Assembly (NCBI GenBank): GCA_034530875.2
Contig: JAVRCJ020000002.1
Span: 342,840 to 406,839 of the forward strand
Length of the DNA: 64,000 nucleotides
Reading direction: 5' to 3'
Source: Nostoc sp. DedSLP01
GTDB lineage: Bacteria; Cyanobacteriota; Cyanobacteriia; Cyanobacteriales; Nostocaceae
A program made the translations under genes and the position numbers. Of this stretch, positions 40,401-51,161 are shown piece by piece (positions within the stretch are counted from its first letter, which is position 1; the number at the start of each line of letters is the position of its first letter). The notes beneath the pieces are model-generated. The model did not search any database, was not told the DNA's origin, and saw only the letters and a program-made list of their open reading frames with translations.

Positions 40401-42134
40401 TCAGACAACTGCTAAGTTAGTTAAGTTACCTTTGTAGCCACTAATCTCAATCACAGCATCCGTAAGCGCAGAAAATCCATTAGTGTTATCGTTGAGTGCC
40501 AGAAAAGTCCGCTGATGATTGCCTGTACCAAGGGTAAAAGTTGCCGCACCTTTAGCTACAAAAGCAGTTGCAGTCAATATGTGTTGTACATCTGAGAGAT
40601 TTAAACTCGCAACAGTGCCAAGTTGAACTAAATTAGCAGCGGTAACTGCATACAGCCCATCAATTTTATCTTCACCGATTTTCAAGTCAGTAATTCTATC
40701 AAAGCCAGATAACAGGGAATCACTCAGACTGTTGAATACAAATTTATCAGCGTCACAATCCCCTGTTAGGATATCACGCCCAGCGCCACCGTTGAGGATG
40801 TCATTACCTTTGCCACCAACTAGTTCATCATTTCCAGCTAATCCAAAAAGTTTATCGTTGCCGTTTTTGCCTGAAATTTTATCATTACCACCACCTCCAG
40901 TCAGTTTATCTGTACCGTTACCACCGTTTAAGGTTTTATTAGGTACATTTCCTTGTGTGATGGTCTTGCTAATGAGTTGGCCATTGGCATTATATAAATA
41001 AGTGGCAACTGCATCAGTAGTGCCATTGCTGTTGATGTCAATATCTGCGGTAATTAGTTTACCATTGGCATCGTAGTTGTAACTGGTAATCTCGTCAGCG
41101 ATGCGATCGTTATTAAGGTCGGCTAGCTGTGCAGCTAGTCTGTTATTAACATCGTAACTGTAAGCATTCACTCCATCGAAGATACCATCATTATTGTTGT
41201 CAATCTTCTGTGAAATCAGCTTGCCGCTAAAATCGTAGTTGTAGATGCCAACTGCATCAGTTACACCATTATTATTCAGGTCATAGCTAGCAGACGCGCG
41301 TCCATAATTATAATTATAGGTTGTGACCTCATCAGGGATGCCATCTATATTATTGTCACGACTAGAAGTTATCAAATTGTTGTTGGCATCATAAGTAGAA
41401 GTAATGACAAAATCAAAGACGCTATCGCCGTTAGAGTCAACACTAGCTGATGTCTCGTTACCGTTGGCATCATAATCAGAGATTACGACAAAATCACCTA
41501 CGCCGTCGCCGCTGGAGTCAATACTAGTGGATATCCTGTTACCATTAGTATCATAAGTATAGGTAGAGACATTATCACCTATACCGTCTCTGTTGAAATC
41601 AACGCTTTCAGATATGAGATTACCATCAGCATTATAAGTATAAGTTACGACAATATCAGCTATGCCATCGTTGTTAGAGTCAATGCTTTCAGATATCAAA
41701 TTACCATCAGGATTATAAATATAAGTAGTAACACTATCAACGATACTGTCACCATTAAAGTCAGTACTAGCAGATGTCCGGTTGCCGTTAACATCATAAG
41801 TATAGGTAGTTACAGTATCAGCGATGCCGTCACCATTAGAGTCAACACTACCGGCTGTCTGGTTGCCGTTGGCATCATAAGTAAAGGTTGTGACATTATC
41901 AGCGATGCCATCACCATTAGAGTCAGTACTAGCAGATGTCCGGTTGCCGTTAACATCATAAGTAAAGTTTGTGACATTATCAACGATGCCATCACCATTG
42001 TTGTCATTACTAAAGGATATCTGGTTATAGCGGTAGGTAATAACTGAGTCTATTGTGCCATCACTGTTGTTGTCTATTCTTTCAGATATCAGTTTCCCCG
42101 CAGCATCGTAAGTATAAGTTGTGGTTGAGGTCAT
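40401..42134 (-). CDS. Secreted repeat protein: YD-like/DxDxDG 27-aa repeats, RTX nonapeptides, bluetail-like C-terminus
   Basis: TYTYDxNGNxTSxSxDxNGDGIAD repeats with 81-bp period; GGxGxDxLx repeats; TFLALND..GFS...DAVIEISGY tail. ATG at 42134 has a GAGG RBS. Confidence 0.85.
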   Translation of the reverse strand: MTSTTTYTYDAAGKLISERIDNNSDGTIDSVITYRYNQISFSNDNNGDGIVDNVTNFTYDVNGNRTSASTDSNGDGIADNVTTFTYDANGNQTAGSVDSNGDGIADTVTTYTYDVNGNRTSASTDFNGDSIVDSVTTYIYNPDGNLISESIDSNNDGIADIVVTYTYNADGNLISESVDFNRDGIGDNVSTYTYDTNGNRISTSIDSSGDGVGDFVVISDYDANGNETSASVDSNGDSVFDFVITSTYDANNNLITSSRDNNIDGIPDEVTTYNYNYGRASASYDLNNNGVTDAVGIYNYDFSGKLISQKIDNNNDGIFDGVNAYSYDVNNRLAAQLADLNNDRIADEITSYNYDANGKLITADIDINSNGTTDAVATYLYNANGQLISKTITQGNVPNKTLNGGNGTDKLTGGGGNDKISGKNGNDKLFGLAGNDELVGGKGNDILNGGAGRDILTGDCDADKFVFNSLSDSLLSGFDRITDLKIGEDKIDGLYAVTAANLVQLGTVASLNLSDVQHILTATAFVAKGAATFTLGTGNHQRTFLALNDNTNGFSALTDAVIEISGYKGNLTNLAVV

Positions 42135-42703
42135 AAATTTGTGTTCCTCATCGATTTGATTCAGTGTTATGTGTTGCGATGTGTTTTTATGACACATCGC
42201 TATGGTGTAAAAATCTTTTTATCTACCAAATGTGGATAGTCGGATGTCGAAGCAGATTGTTGAATATATTTCTGCTGTATTAGTTATAGAAATGACAATA
42301 TAAGATAAAAGTTTTTGTAGGCAGTGTTTTTAATCACACTTTTTATATGACATACATCAGAGCTAATTTGTAAACTCAAGTAAAGTAGTTGTCTAATAAG
42401 GGTTTCAATAATTTAAGTTAATACAGCACTTATTCGCTGAAACTTAGACTTAGCAATGAGTTGAGTATCCTTCAAATTTTGTTTACGAATCAGTTCTTAT
42501 TGCTAAGTTAAGTAAGTTGGTATAAACGTTTCTACGAGAACGCAATTTTTGAAATTCGATTCGCTACAAATTTGTACGACGCTGTACTGATTTTTAATAT
42601 TATACCTGTCTAATTGTCAATCATAAAAGCACTCCTTTGCAGGTGAGAAAGGAAGCAAAAACTACCTTTTTCTGAGTGGGGTTAGCGCGAGTATTATGTC
42701 TAT

Positions 42704-43849
42704 TTAAGCGGACATGATATGAGACAGCAGTTGGGCAATTTGCTGATTAGTAGTTGCAATATCAAAACGCAGACTAGCCGTAGTCCTAGCGTTATTAACT
42801 ATATTTGCAGTTATCTTTGTTTCCTGTAAACAGGTAGTAATTACTTGTGCAAGTTCCTGGGGTTCTCCTGGCGTTACCAGAAAACCATTAAATTCGTGTT
42901 CTATTAATTCCATTGCACCCCCGGCTTTTGCTGCAATTACAGGTTTTTCACACAGCATTGCTTCAACAATCACTCTTCCAAAAGGTTCTGCGGCAGTAGA
43001 GGTATGTGCAACTAAGTCACAAGCTGCCATTAACTGAGGAATATCTGAACGAAACCCTAAAAATTTGACGCGGTTTTCTAATCCAAGTTTGGCAACTTGT
43101 TGGTGCAATTGTTGGACATAATTTTGTTCGCCAAATAATGCATCGCCAACTAAAATTACAGTTACTTGTGGTGGGCATTGAGTCAGGGCATCAATTAAAA
43201 TGTGCTGCCCTTTCCAAGGTGCGAGTCGGCTAAAGTGTCCAACTACAAATTTCCCTTCTAATTCTAAATTTTGCCGCAATCTTTTGCTGTCAGATTCATG
43301 AGTTTGATAATTTTTCGGTTCAAAGCCGTTATAGACAACCTCGATAATATCTTGGCGTCCTCCTGCTTCTATAAAGGCTGTTTTACTAGCTTGAGAATTT
43401 GCAATTACTAACGATGCAAAACGATTAGCTAGGTTAACAGCTATGCGCAGGTTAGTTTGGCTAAAGTGTTCTCTGGAGAGAATATCATGTAAATGATAGA
43501 CCAGAGGACGGCGCGAGAAAAAACTTGCTATTGCTCCAACAACTAATGCCTTTTGGGTGTTAGCGTAGATTAAATCGTATTCACGGGCTTTTTGAACTAC
43601 TTTAGTAATTAAAGGAATAAGCTGTCCCAAAGTATTTAAACCTTGGATTACATTGCTTTCTTTACGAACTGCGATCGCTTTATTTGTCAAAACTTCTACT
43701 GGGATATTATTTTGCTGTAGTAGATGTTTAAATGACCCATCTGCAAATAAACCTACTAAAGCATTATCGCGATAGGGTTTAGCAATATCTATTAAACATA
43801 ATTCTGCGCCGCCTGGTTTACCACTTTGGTCTAAAAAAAGAATTTTCAT
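42704..43849 (-). CDS. Glycosyltransferase family 4, downstream partner of hepB
   Basis: MKILFLDQSGKPGGAELCL, SRLAPWKGQ, EPFGRVIVEAM. Confidence 0.9.
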   Translation of the reverse strand: MKILFLDQSGKPGGAELCLIDIAKPYRDNALVGLFADGSFKHLLQQNNIPVEVLTNKAIAVRKESNVIQGLNTLGQLIPLITKVVQKAREYDLIYANTQKALVVGAIASFFSRRPLVYHLHDILSREHFSQTNLRIAVNLANRFASLVIANSQASKTAFIEAGGRQDIIEVVYNGFEPKNYQTHESDSKRLRQNLELEGKFVVGHFSRLAPWKGQHILIDALTQCPPQVTVILVGDALFGEQNYVQQLHQQVAKLGLENRVKFLGFRSDIPQLMAACDLVAHTSTAAEPFGRVIVEAMLCEKPVIAAKAGGAMELIEHEFNGFLVTPGEPQELAQVITTCLQETKITANIVNNARTTASLRFDIATTNQQIAQLLSHIMSA

Positions 43850-43885
43850 AAAACATTATTTTGCCAGATAATTTTATTCATACTG

Positions 43886-45049
43886 CTACTTTAATAAAAC
43901 ATTCCGCACTCGTAGGGCAATTTCATTCCAATCATAATGTGTAGTTGCATAATGGCGACAGGCTTCTCGAGAAGGGATGTAAATATTCCCTAATAGTGCT
44001 TGTTCCAATTTTTCAGCAATAGCTGATGCTTCAGTAGAAGTAGTAATTAAATCGGGTGATAAATCTGTTAAAATTTCTGGCATTCCTCCAACTGGAGTAC
44101 ATAAAACTGGAGTGCCAGAAGCTAAAGATTCAACTATTACTAATCCAAATCCTTCAAAAGATTGGCTAGGTACGACAGTTAATTCAGCCGCTTGATAAGC
44201 TATCGGCAATTGTTCGTCTGGAAGAAAACCTAAAAATTTAACGTTATCATCTAGTCCTAATTCTGTAGTCTGTTGTTGTAGTGCGGCTTGGATGTGACCG
44301 CGACCGGCGATCGCCAGCCAAATATCTGGTATTCTGGGCTTAATTATAGCGATCGCTTGTAATAATTTGTCAACTCCAGTTCGATGTACTAAGCGCCGCG
44401 ATGTAAATATAATCCGACGATTATTAGACCAGCCTAATTTTTGACAAGCTTCCTGCCGCGATAGATTTGCTTGAAACCAATTAATATCGACTCCACCAGG
44501 AATAACATTAATTTTACTCCACGGTATTTGATATTTTTGATGTAAAATATTGCCAAATGCTTTGCTGAGAACGATAAAGCGATCGCAGCGATTATAAGTC
44601 GTTTGTTCTATCAGCCAATGCTTAATTAAAAGACTGAGATTTTTATTCGTTACTTCCTGCTTACTCTCAAAAGCCCAAGGGCCATGAAAGTTAAAAGTAA
44701 CTGGTACTCCCTTTGGTAAAATATCTAAAATCGGAAAGCTATATAATGCAAAGTGCAGGTTAATCGCATCTGGTTTCTTGGTTCTAGTTTTCTGAAAGTT
44801 TTTGCGAATCGACCATAATCTTTGACAAATATTAGTATCAGCAGCAGCTAAGTTATTCAGCTTAATGGGATAGTCTCCTTCGGCTTGTGGTAAACCGACT
44901 CCGCATAATTCAATCTGGTCTTGATTTGCTGCTAATTTATGAGTTAGTTCGTAAATATACCTTTCTAGTCCTCCAGGATTTTTAGGAAACCAGCCTAATC
45001 CTAAGGTGAGAATAGATGCTGGAGCGAAATTTTCTTTTTTATTTACCAC
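43886..45049 (-). CDS. hepB: Glycosyltransferase family 4, HepB-like
   Basis: GLGWFPKNPGGLERY, NFHGPWAFES, RRLVHRTG, EGFGLVIVESLASGTP; arrangement resembles the hepB-GT pair of heterocystous cyanobacteria. Confidence 0.75.
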   Translation of the reverse strand: MVNKKENFAPASILTLGLGWFPKNPGGLERYIYELTHKLAANQDQIELCGVGLPQAEGDYPIKLNNLAAADTNICQRLWSIRKNFQKTRTKKPDAINLHFALYSFPILDILPKGVPVTFNFHGPWAFESKQEVTNKNLSLLIKHWLIEQTTYNRCDRFIVLSKAFGNILHQKYQIPWSKINVIPGGVDINWFQANLSRQEACQKLGWSNNRRIIFTSRRLVHRTGVDKLLQAIAIIKPRIPDIWLAIAGRGHIQAALQQQTTELGLDDNVKFLGFLPDEQLPIAYQAAELTVVPSQSFEGFGLVIVESLASGTPVLCTPVGGMPEILTDLSPDLITTSTEASAIAEKLEQALLGNIYIPSREACRHYATTHYDWNEIALRVRNVLLK

Positions 45050-45420
45050 GGTTATTTCTCCTATAAATGTATTAAAAGATGATAGGTATTATAAATAAGA
45101 AGTTGGAGAACACCAATTTATAAACTATTTATATCTTTGCGTCAACAAGCAATTAAAAGCTGTGTTTTTATTAACTGGATAATACCGAAGATGATAAATA
45201 TAATACTTGTTGATTGAAGAAGGTGAATGGTAGACAGTGAAAGGTGAAAAACCTTATAGGGCAATGGATAAGTTCAATTTTTGTATTAATGTTTACTAAT
45301 TTTTTAGAGAAAAGGGTAAATATTAATACTTTGATTTTTTTACGGATTTTCAAAATAATCATTGTAGATACAGTTATTCAGTTGAAATTGTGAATATACA
45401 AAAAAATCACGCAGAGACGC

Positions 45421-45468
45421 AGCGAAAAGTCGGAGCGTCGGTTTCCGGCAATCTGAACTTTTAAAGAC
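45421..45468. mobile_element. 48-nt two-stem small repeat inserted in a GCGCAGAG-family arm
   Basis: TCACGCAGAGACGC [AGCGAAAAGTCGGAGCGTCGGTTTCCGGCAATCTGAACTTTTAAAGAC] AGAGGCGCAGAG. Confidence 0.5.
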
Positions 45469-45535
45469 AGAGGCGCAGAGAGGAAAAGAGAGTTTTACTA
45501 AATTAGGATTGTTGTAAATAATTAAATAGTATTCT

Positions 45536-47758
45536 ATGAATCATAAAATAATGATGCGACTAGTAAAGCTTAATCAAAATTTGAAGCAGCCAATTAAAAT
45601 TTTATCTAATTTAAAATATTTACAAAGGAATAAGATTTTCAAGTTTTTACTTAGTTTGGCTGTTGGAGTAGCGATTACTACGATTGGTATTACAACAGAT
45701 TGGGCGACAACGGGGGCAGGTACATTCAGCTATAAAACATCGTGGATAGGTAATAGTATTGGCAGCGGAAATCTGCGGATACAAAACAATATAGAAGCAA
45801 TGTATGTTACCCATGATGGTACGGTTTATACTAACAGCCATTGGGATGAAGCTGGAACAGAAGCAGGCATATATAAGGACGGTAAAATTATCAATGCCCT
45901 TGGCGATACTCACGGTTGGAGTCGTGGTGGTGGCAAGGCTGTAACAGCAAATAATAAATATGTTTATATTGCCATGAGTCAAGGTTCAATTGGCAATACC
46001 AAAGAAGATTACCCGTCAGAAGGAACAGCTTGGCACTGCGTTAGACGTTATGATTTATCGGGAAAAACAGCACCGTTTTCTGGGGGACGTGGCTGGGATA
46101 AAAGTATGTTAATTATCAGCAATAAAAACGAAGTTGCTGGATTAGCAATTGTTGAAGATGAGTTGTATGTGAGCGATATTGATACTAATCGGATCCGGGT
46201 TTACAATACCGAGACGATGGAAGAACTTCGCAGCTTTACTGTTGCTAATCCAGGAACGATCGCAGTTGATAAACAAAAAAATCTCTGGATTATTCAAAAC
46301 AAAAATGGTAGCAATCCTGCGAAGATTTTACGTTATTCTATAACTGGAAAGCAATTGCCCCAACAGATTGCAGGTATTATCGAACCGACAGCGATCGCCA
46401 TCGATTCTCAAGGTAGGCTGTTAGTAGCAGAAAATGGTTCGCGGCAGCAAATATTGATTTATGACATTAAAGATAAGCCAACACAAGTAGGCAGTTTTGG
46501 CATTAAAAACGGTATCTATGCAGCAGTTCCTGGTGAAGTTCGAGATTTGAAACTTTATGGAATCACCGGAGTTGGCGCAGATGCTTCGGGTAACATCTAT
46601 ATAAATAGTAATGGTTTCAACAAATCAGGAACGGATTTGCGGAAATTTGCACCATCAGGTAAACTACTGTGGCGATCGCTAGGCTTAATATTTGTCGATA
46701 ATGCAGATGCCGATCCCAAAACTGATGGTGTAGATTTATTCACCAAACAAGAACAATATCAAATGGATTATAGTAAGCCTGCTGGCAAGCAATGGACTTA
46801 CAAAGCCTACACCTTAAATCCTTTCAAATATCCTCAAGATCCGCGTTTGCATACATCCCCAGATGCAACCTTTGTGCGCCGCATCCAAGGAAAGCCGTTT
46901 TTGTTCCTCACAGATATGTATAGCAGCTTTCTGCAAATATATCGTTTCAATCCCGCCACCGATGGAAAAATCGCCATACCAGCCGGAATGTTTGTCGGTA
47001 CGAATGGTGCAGATAAAAAATCTCTCAGCGGAAATTGGCCGCCCTATCAACCAGAAAAAGGCGAATGGATTTGGCGAGACAGCAACGGTAATGGCAAATT
47101 TGAACGCAATGAATACGATACCAGTAGAGATTACCCATATCTCGGCGGCTGGTGGGTAGACAGCAAAGGAGATGTTTGGAAAGCTTTGCGAACGCAAGAT
47201 GGTAAGGGTATCCGGCATTATCCTTTACAAGGAATAGATGCCAAAGGTAACCCCATCTACACCTATAGTTCGATGGAAAAGCAAACTACTCCTGAGATAT
47301 TTAACGATTTGCGGCGCATTGAATATTTCCCCGAAACAGATACTATGTATTTGTCAGGCTTCACAGTAGATCGTCCTGCATTTGGTGACGATACTGGAGT
47401 TGCAGGATCTGAAATTGCTCGTTTTGACAACTGGAGTAAAGGAAATCGCACTCCCCGCTGGCGGGCTATAATTCCCTACGACACCACTGCCAAACGCGAA
47501 GTCTCCACAGCTGCAATCAGTGTGGCAGGAAATTATGTTTTTGCCGTTACAGTTAAAACCGCAGAGGTATATGTTTACAATGCAACCACAGGAGTGCAAG
47601 TACAAAAGTTAAAACCAGGCCCAGAAGTTGGCAGCGAAAGTGGCTGGATTGATATACCTTATGGTATCCGTGCTTTTCGGCGTTCCAATGGCGAGTATTT
47701 GGTATTTGTAGAAGAGAATTGGAAAGGAAAAGTAATTATGTATCGTTTAGCAGGGTGA
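45536..47758 (+). CDS. Exported NHL / beta-propeller protein
   Basis: Hydrophobic segment FLLSLAVGVAITTIGIT; NHL-like PGTIAVD, PTAIAIDSQGRLLVA, GVGADASGNIYI; DSNGNG loop. Start uncertain. Confidence 0.75.
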   Translation: MNHKIMMRLVKLNQNLKQPIKILSNLKYLQRNKIFKFLLSLAVGVAITTIGITTDWATTGAGTFSYKTSWIGNSIGSGNLRIQNNIEAMYVTHDGTVYTNSHWDEAGTEAGIYKDGKIINALGDTHGWSRGGGKAVTANNKYVYIAMSQGSIGNTKEDYPSEGTAWHCVRRYDLSGKTAPFSGGRGWDKSMLIISNKNEVAGLAIVEDELYVSDIDTNRIRVYNTETMEELRSFTVANPGTIAVDKQKNLWIIQNKNGSNPAKILRYSITGKQLPQQIAGIIEPTAIAIDSQGRLLVAENGSRQQILIYDIKDKPTQVGSFGIKNGIYAAVPGEVRDLKLYGITGVGADASGNIYINSNGFNKSGTDLRKFAPSGKLLWRSLGLIFVDNADADPKTDGVDLFTKQEQYQMDYSKPAGKQWTYKAYTLNPFKYPQDPRLHTSPDATFVRRIQGKPFLFLTDMYSSFLQIYRFNPATDGKIAIPAGMFVGTNGADKKSLSGNWPPYQPEKGEWIWRDSNGNGKFERNEYDTSRDYPYLGGWWVDSKGDVWKALRTQDGKGIRHYPLQGIDAKGNPIYTYSSMEKQTTPEIFNDLRRIEYFPETDTMYLSGFTVDRPAFGDDTGVAGSEIARFDNWSKGNRTPRWRAIIPYDTTAKREVSTAAISVAGNYVFAVTVKTAEVYVYNATTGVQVQKLKPGPEVGSESGWIDIPYGIRAFRRSNGEYLVFVEENWKGKVIMYRLAG

Positions 47759-47799
47759 GCATTGATATCGGTTTTTTAATAGACATGATATTATTTATG

Positions 47800-47839
47800 A
47801 AGGCTATGTTTTTCCTTCGATAGGAACAAGCCTTTTTTT
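47800..47839 (+). terminator. Intrinsic terminator
   Basis: AAGGCT-ATGTT..CCT-TCGAT-AGG-AACA-AGCCTT followed by a T-run. Confidence 0.6.
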
Positions 47840-47932
47840 GTTTCACTGCGTAATTCCTATTTGTGCCAGAACTTTACATCACTTGGCATTCCCTAATTTA
47901 CTCAGGGAATAAAAAATTAGGAGCGTGAAACA

Positions 47933-48478
47933 GTGTTTTGGAAATTTGCGATCGTTGTTTTATTATTGCCCAGTTGTCTGGGATTAGAGATAGCCGCAGC
48001 ATCTGAAAAAAATCAGTTACAGATGCTACTAAATTCTGAGGAATTAAGCACCGGAATTGTGCAGACAAACGCCAATCAAAATGCCTTTAATTCCCTATCA
48101 AATTCAGCTACAGAATATTCCTCGCTTCCTCAAAATTCAGAACTTGATACTGAAAAATTAAAACATCGAAAATACCGACACTATCATCGGAGGTATCGTC
48201 CATTATATCGTCATCGTAGGCGGTATTATCATAGGTACAGGAACTATTACCGTCAAAGGTATTATTACCCCCAAAATATTTATTACCGTAGGCGATACCA
48301 CAATCGATACAGGAATTATTACCGTCAAAGGTATTATTATCCCCAAAATATTTATTACCGTAGGCGATACCACAATCGATACAGGAATTCCCATCAAGGT
48401 TTTTACGATCCTCTATACTGTCATTATCTGAGAAACTATGACTATCTGCATAGAAATTCTCATCGCCGTTGCTATTAA
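47933..48478 (+). CDS. Secreted Arg/Tyr/His-rich repeat protein
   Basis: AGGAG RBS, GTG start, signal-peptide-like FWKFAIVVLLLPSCLGLEIAAA; C-terminal half dominated by R/Y/H; 72-bp tandem repeat. Confidence 0.7.
   Translation: MFWKFAIVVLLLPSCLGLEIAAASEKNQLQMLLNSEELSTGIVQTNANQNAFNSLSNSATEYSSLPQNSELDTEKLKHRKYRHYHRRYRPLYRHRRRYYHRYRNYYRQRYYYPQNIYYRRRYHNRYRNYYRQRYYYPQNIYYRRRYHNRYRNSHQGFYDPLYCHYLRNYDYLHRNSHRRCY
48236..48389 (+). repeat. 72-bp in-frame tandem repeat (2 copies plus a partial)
   Basis: Units at 48236-48307 and 48308-48379, both encoding YRNYYRQRYYYPQNIYYRRRYHNR. Confidence 0.9.
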
Positions 48479-48614
48479 CCTAATTTAGTCATTAGTCATT
48501 AGTAAAGAGCAAAGAACTAATGACAATGACATACACGAGGTTTAAACTTAGTCTAGAACAATTGTAGCGACTGTCTTGAAAGTCAAGCGATCGCTACTAC
48601 CGTGACTGAATTTT

Positions 48615-49493
48615 TTAAACTAACTTTTCGTGTTTTTGAGTTAAATGCATTGCAATTCCTTTTTCATAATAAGCTGCTTCGTTAATAAAAATCGGATAAA
48701 TAGTAGATACTCCCTCATATAAAATATCTTTTCCTGCAAACGTCAAAAATATTCGATCGCCTGGATTTAGAGGTTGATAATCCTGAAACTGAATCTGGGG
48801 ATGAATCATAGCTTTAATTTCCCCGCATTCATCTCTGGGATAATCAATACTACCAATATATTCATAGAGTATTAACGTGTTATTTTTCTGTGGAATTTTA
48901 CCTTCGTTATACCGTTCAAAATAGTCTAAAATATTATAAATAAGCTGTTCTGTTTGTTGAAATAATTCTGCATTTAAGACATTTTGAGCAACAGCACCGA
49001 CTTCGATAACAAAACCCAATTCGCACAAAGAACGCAAAAAACCACCTTCTTTTGATTTTTGATTAATACATACTTTTACTAGAGGATTTATCGAACTTAC
49101 ATAAGCAGCTAACTGCATTAAAAAAGGATGCATTTCGGAAAAAATTAAACTTAAACCCATATTTGCAGTTGTGCTATGTAAATCAATAATTACTTCTACA
49201 AAAGGTTGATTTTGCGGTTGCAGGATTTGTTTAATTTCTTTTGCACGTATATCTTCATAACTTAAAAGATTTGGATTTTCTAAGTTTTGATTGCTGAAGC
49301 AACGATTTAAATCTTTGTCAATGTAACGTTTACCTTCTGCAACAGCTTTGGAATTACCAATTAATACCAATGTTTCTAAACTTTGTCTATTAACTAAATT
49401 TGGGTACTGCTGAAACTTTTTAACTAAGTATACTCCCGTTAATTCATTACCGTGCGTTCCTCCGAAAATCGCCACTCGTTTAACCTGATTCAT
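48615..49493 (-). CDS. aspA: Aspartoacylase
   Basis: [41 protein letters not shown]. Confidence 0.92.
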   Translation of the reverse strand: MNQVKRVAIFGGTHGNELTGVYLVKKFQQYPNLVNRQSLETLVLIGNSKAVAEGKRYIDKDLNRCFSNQNLENPNLLSYEDIRAKEIKQILQPQNQPFVEVIIDLHSTTANMGLSLIFSEMHPFLMQLAAYVSSINPLVKVCINQKSKEGGFLRSLCELGFVIEVGAVAQNVLNAELFQQTEQLIYNILDYFERYNEGKIPQKNNTLILYEYIGSIDYPRDECGEIKAMIHPQIQFQDYQPLNPGDRIFLTFAGKDILYEGVSTIYPIFINEAAYYEKGIAMHLTQKHEKLV

Positions 49494-49591
49494 AAAAACC
49501 TCGCTCTCAAAGCTTGTAGGCTAGACATTATAATGCCCACCTTACTCTAGTCTTTTTATATAAAACTGATTAAAGGAATAAGTCCTGAGTT

Positions 49592-49715
49592 ATACCAATT
49601 CACAATTCGCAATCCGCAATGGGCTACGCCCCGCTACGCTAACGCAATTAAAAAACTTAGATGCAGCAAAGCTTTCAGCGTTTACATCTGTATCAGATTT
49701 TTAGTGAAATGGTAT
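49592..49715. mobile_element. MITE-like element carrying STRR and a small dispersed repeat
   Basis: Terminal inverted repeats ATACCAATTCAC / GTGAAATGGTAT (1 mismatch); internal (CGCAAT)n and GGGCTACGCCCCGCTACGCTAA. Confidence 0.55.
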
Positions 49716-49790
49716 TAGAACTTAGGAATTAAGAATGTCTAAAACGCTTACGCAACAGTAATTACGAATTACTCGAAGCGGTACTAGTAA

Positions 49791-51080
<1,290 letters not shown>

Positions 51081-51161
51081 TTTTATTGGATCTCACGCAG
51101 AGGCGCAGAGGCGCAGAGAGGAGAACACAAAGAAAGATTAATTTGCTTTGATTGCTGCATT

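Noticed and set aside
41300..42010. 81-bp periodicity suggesting an array, DGR or RHS toxin
   Set aside because: Coding 27-aa repeats; no reverse transcriptase, no adenine-specific TR/VR pattern, no RHS core end or immunity gene.
48236..48389. 72-bp periodicity suggesting a CRISPR array
   Set aside because: Whole units are near-identical and in frame within a protein; no unique spacers.
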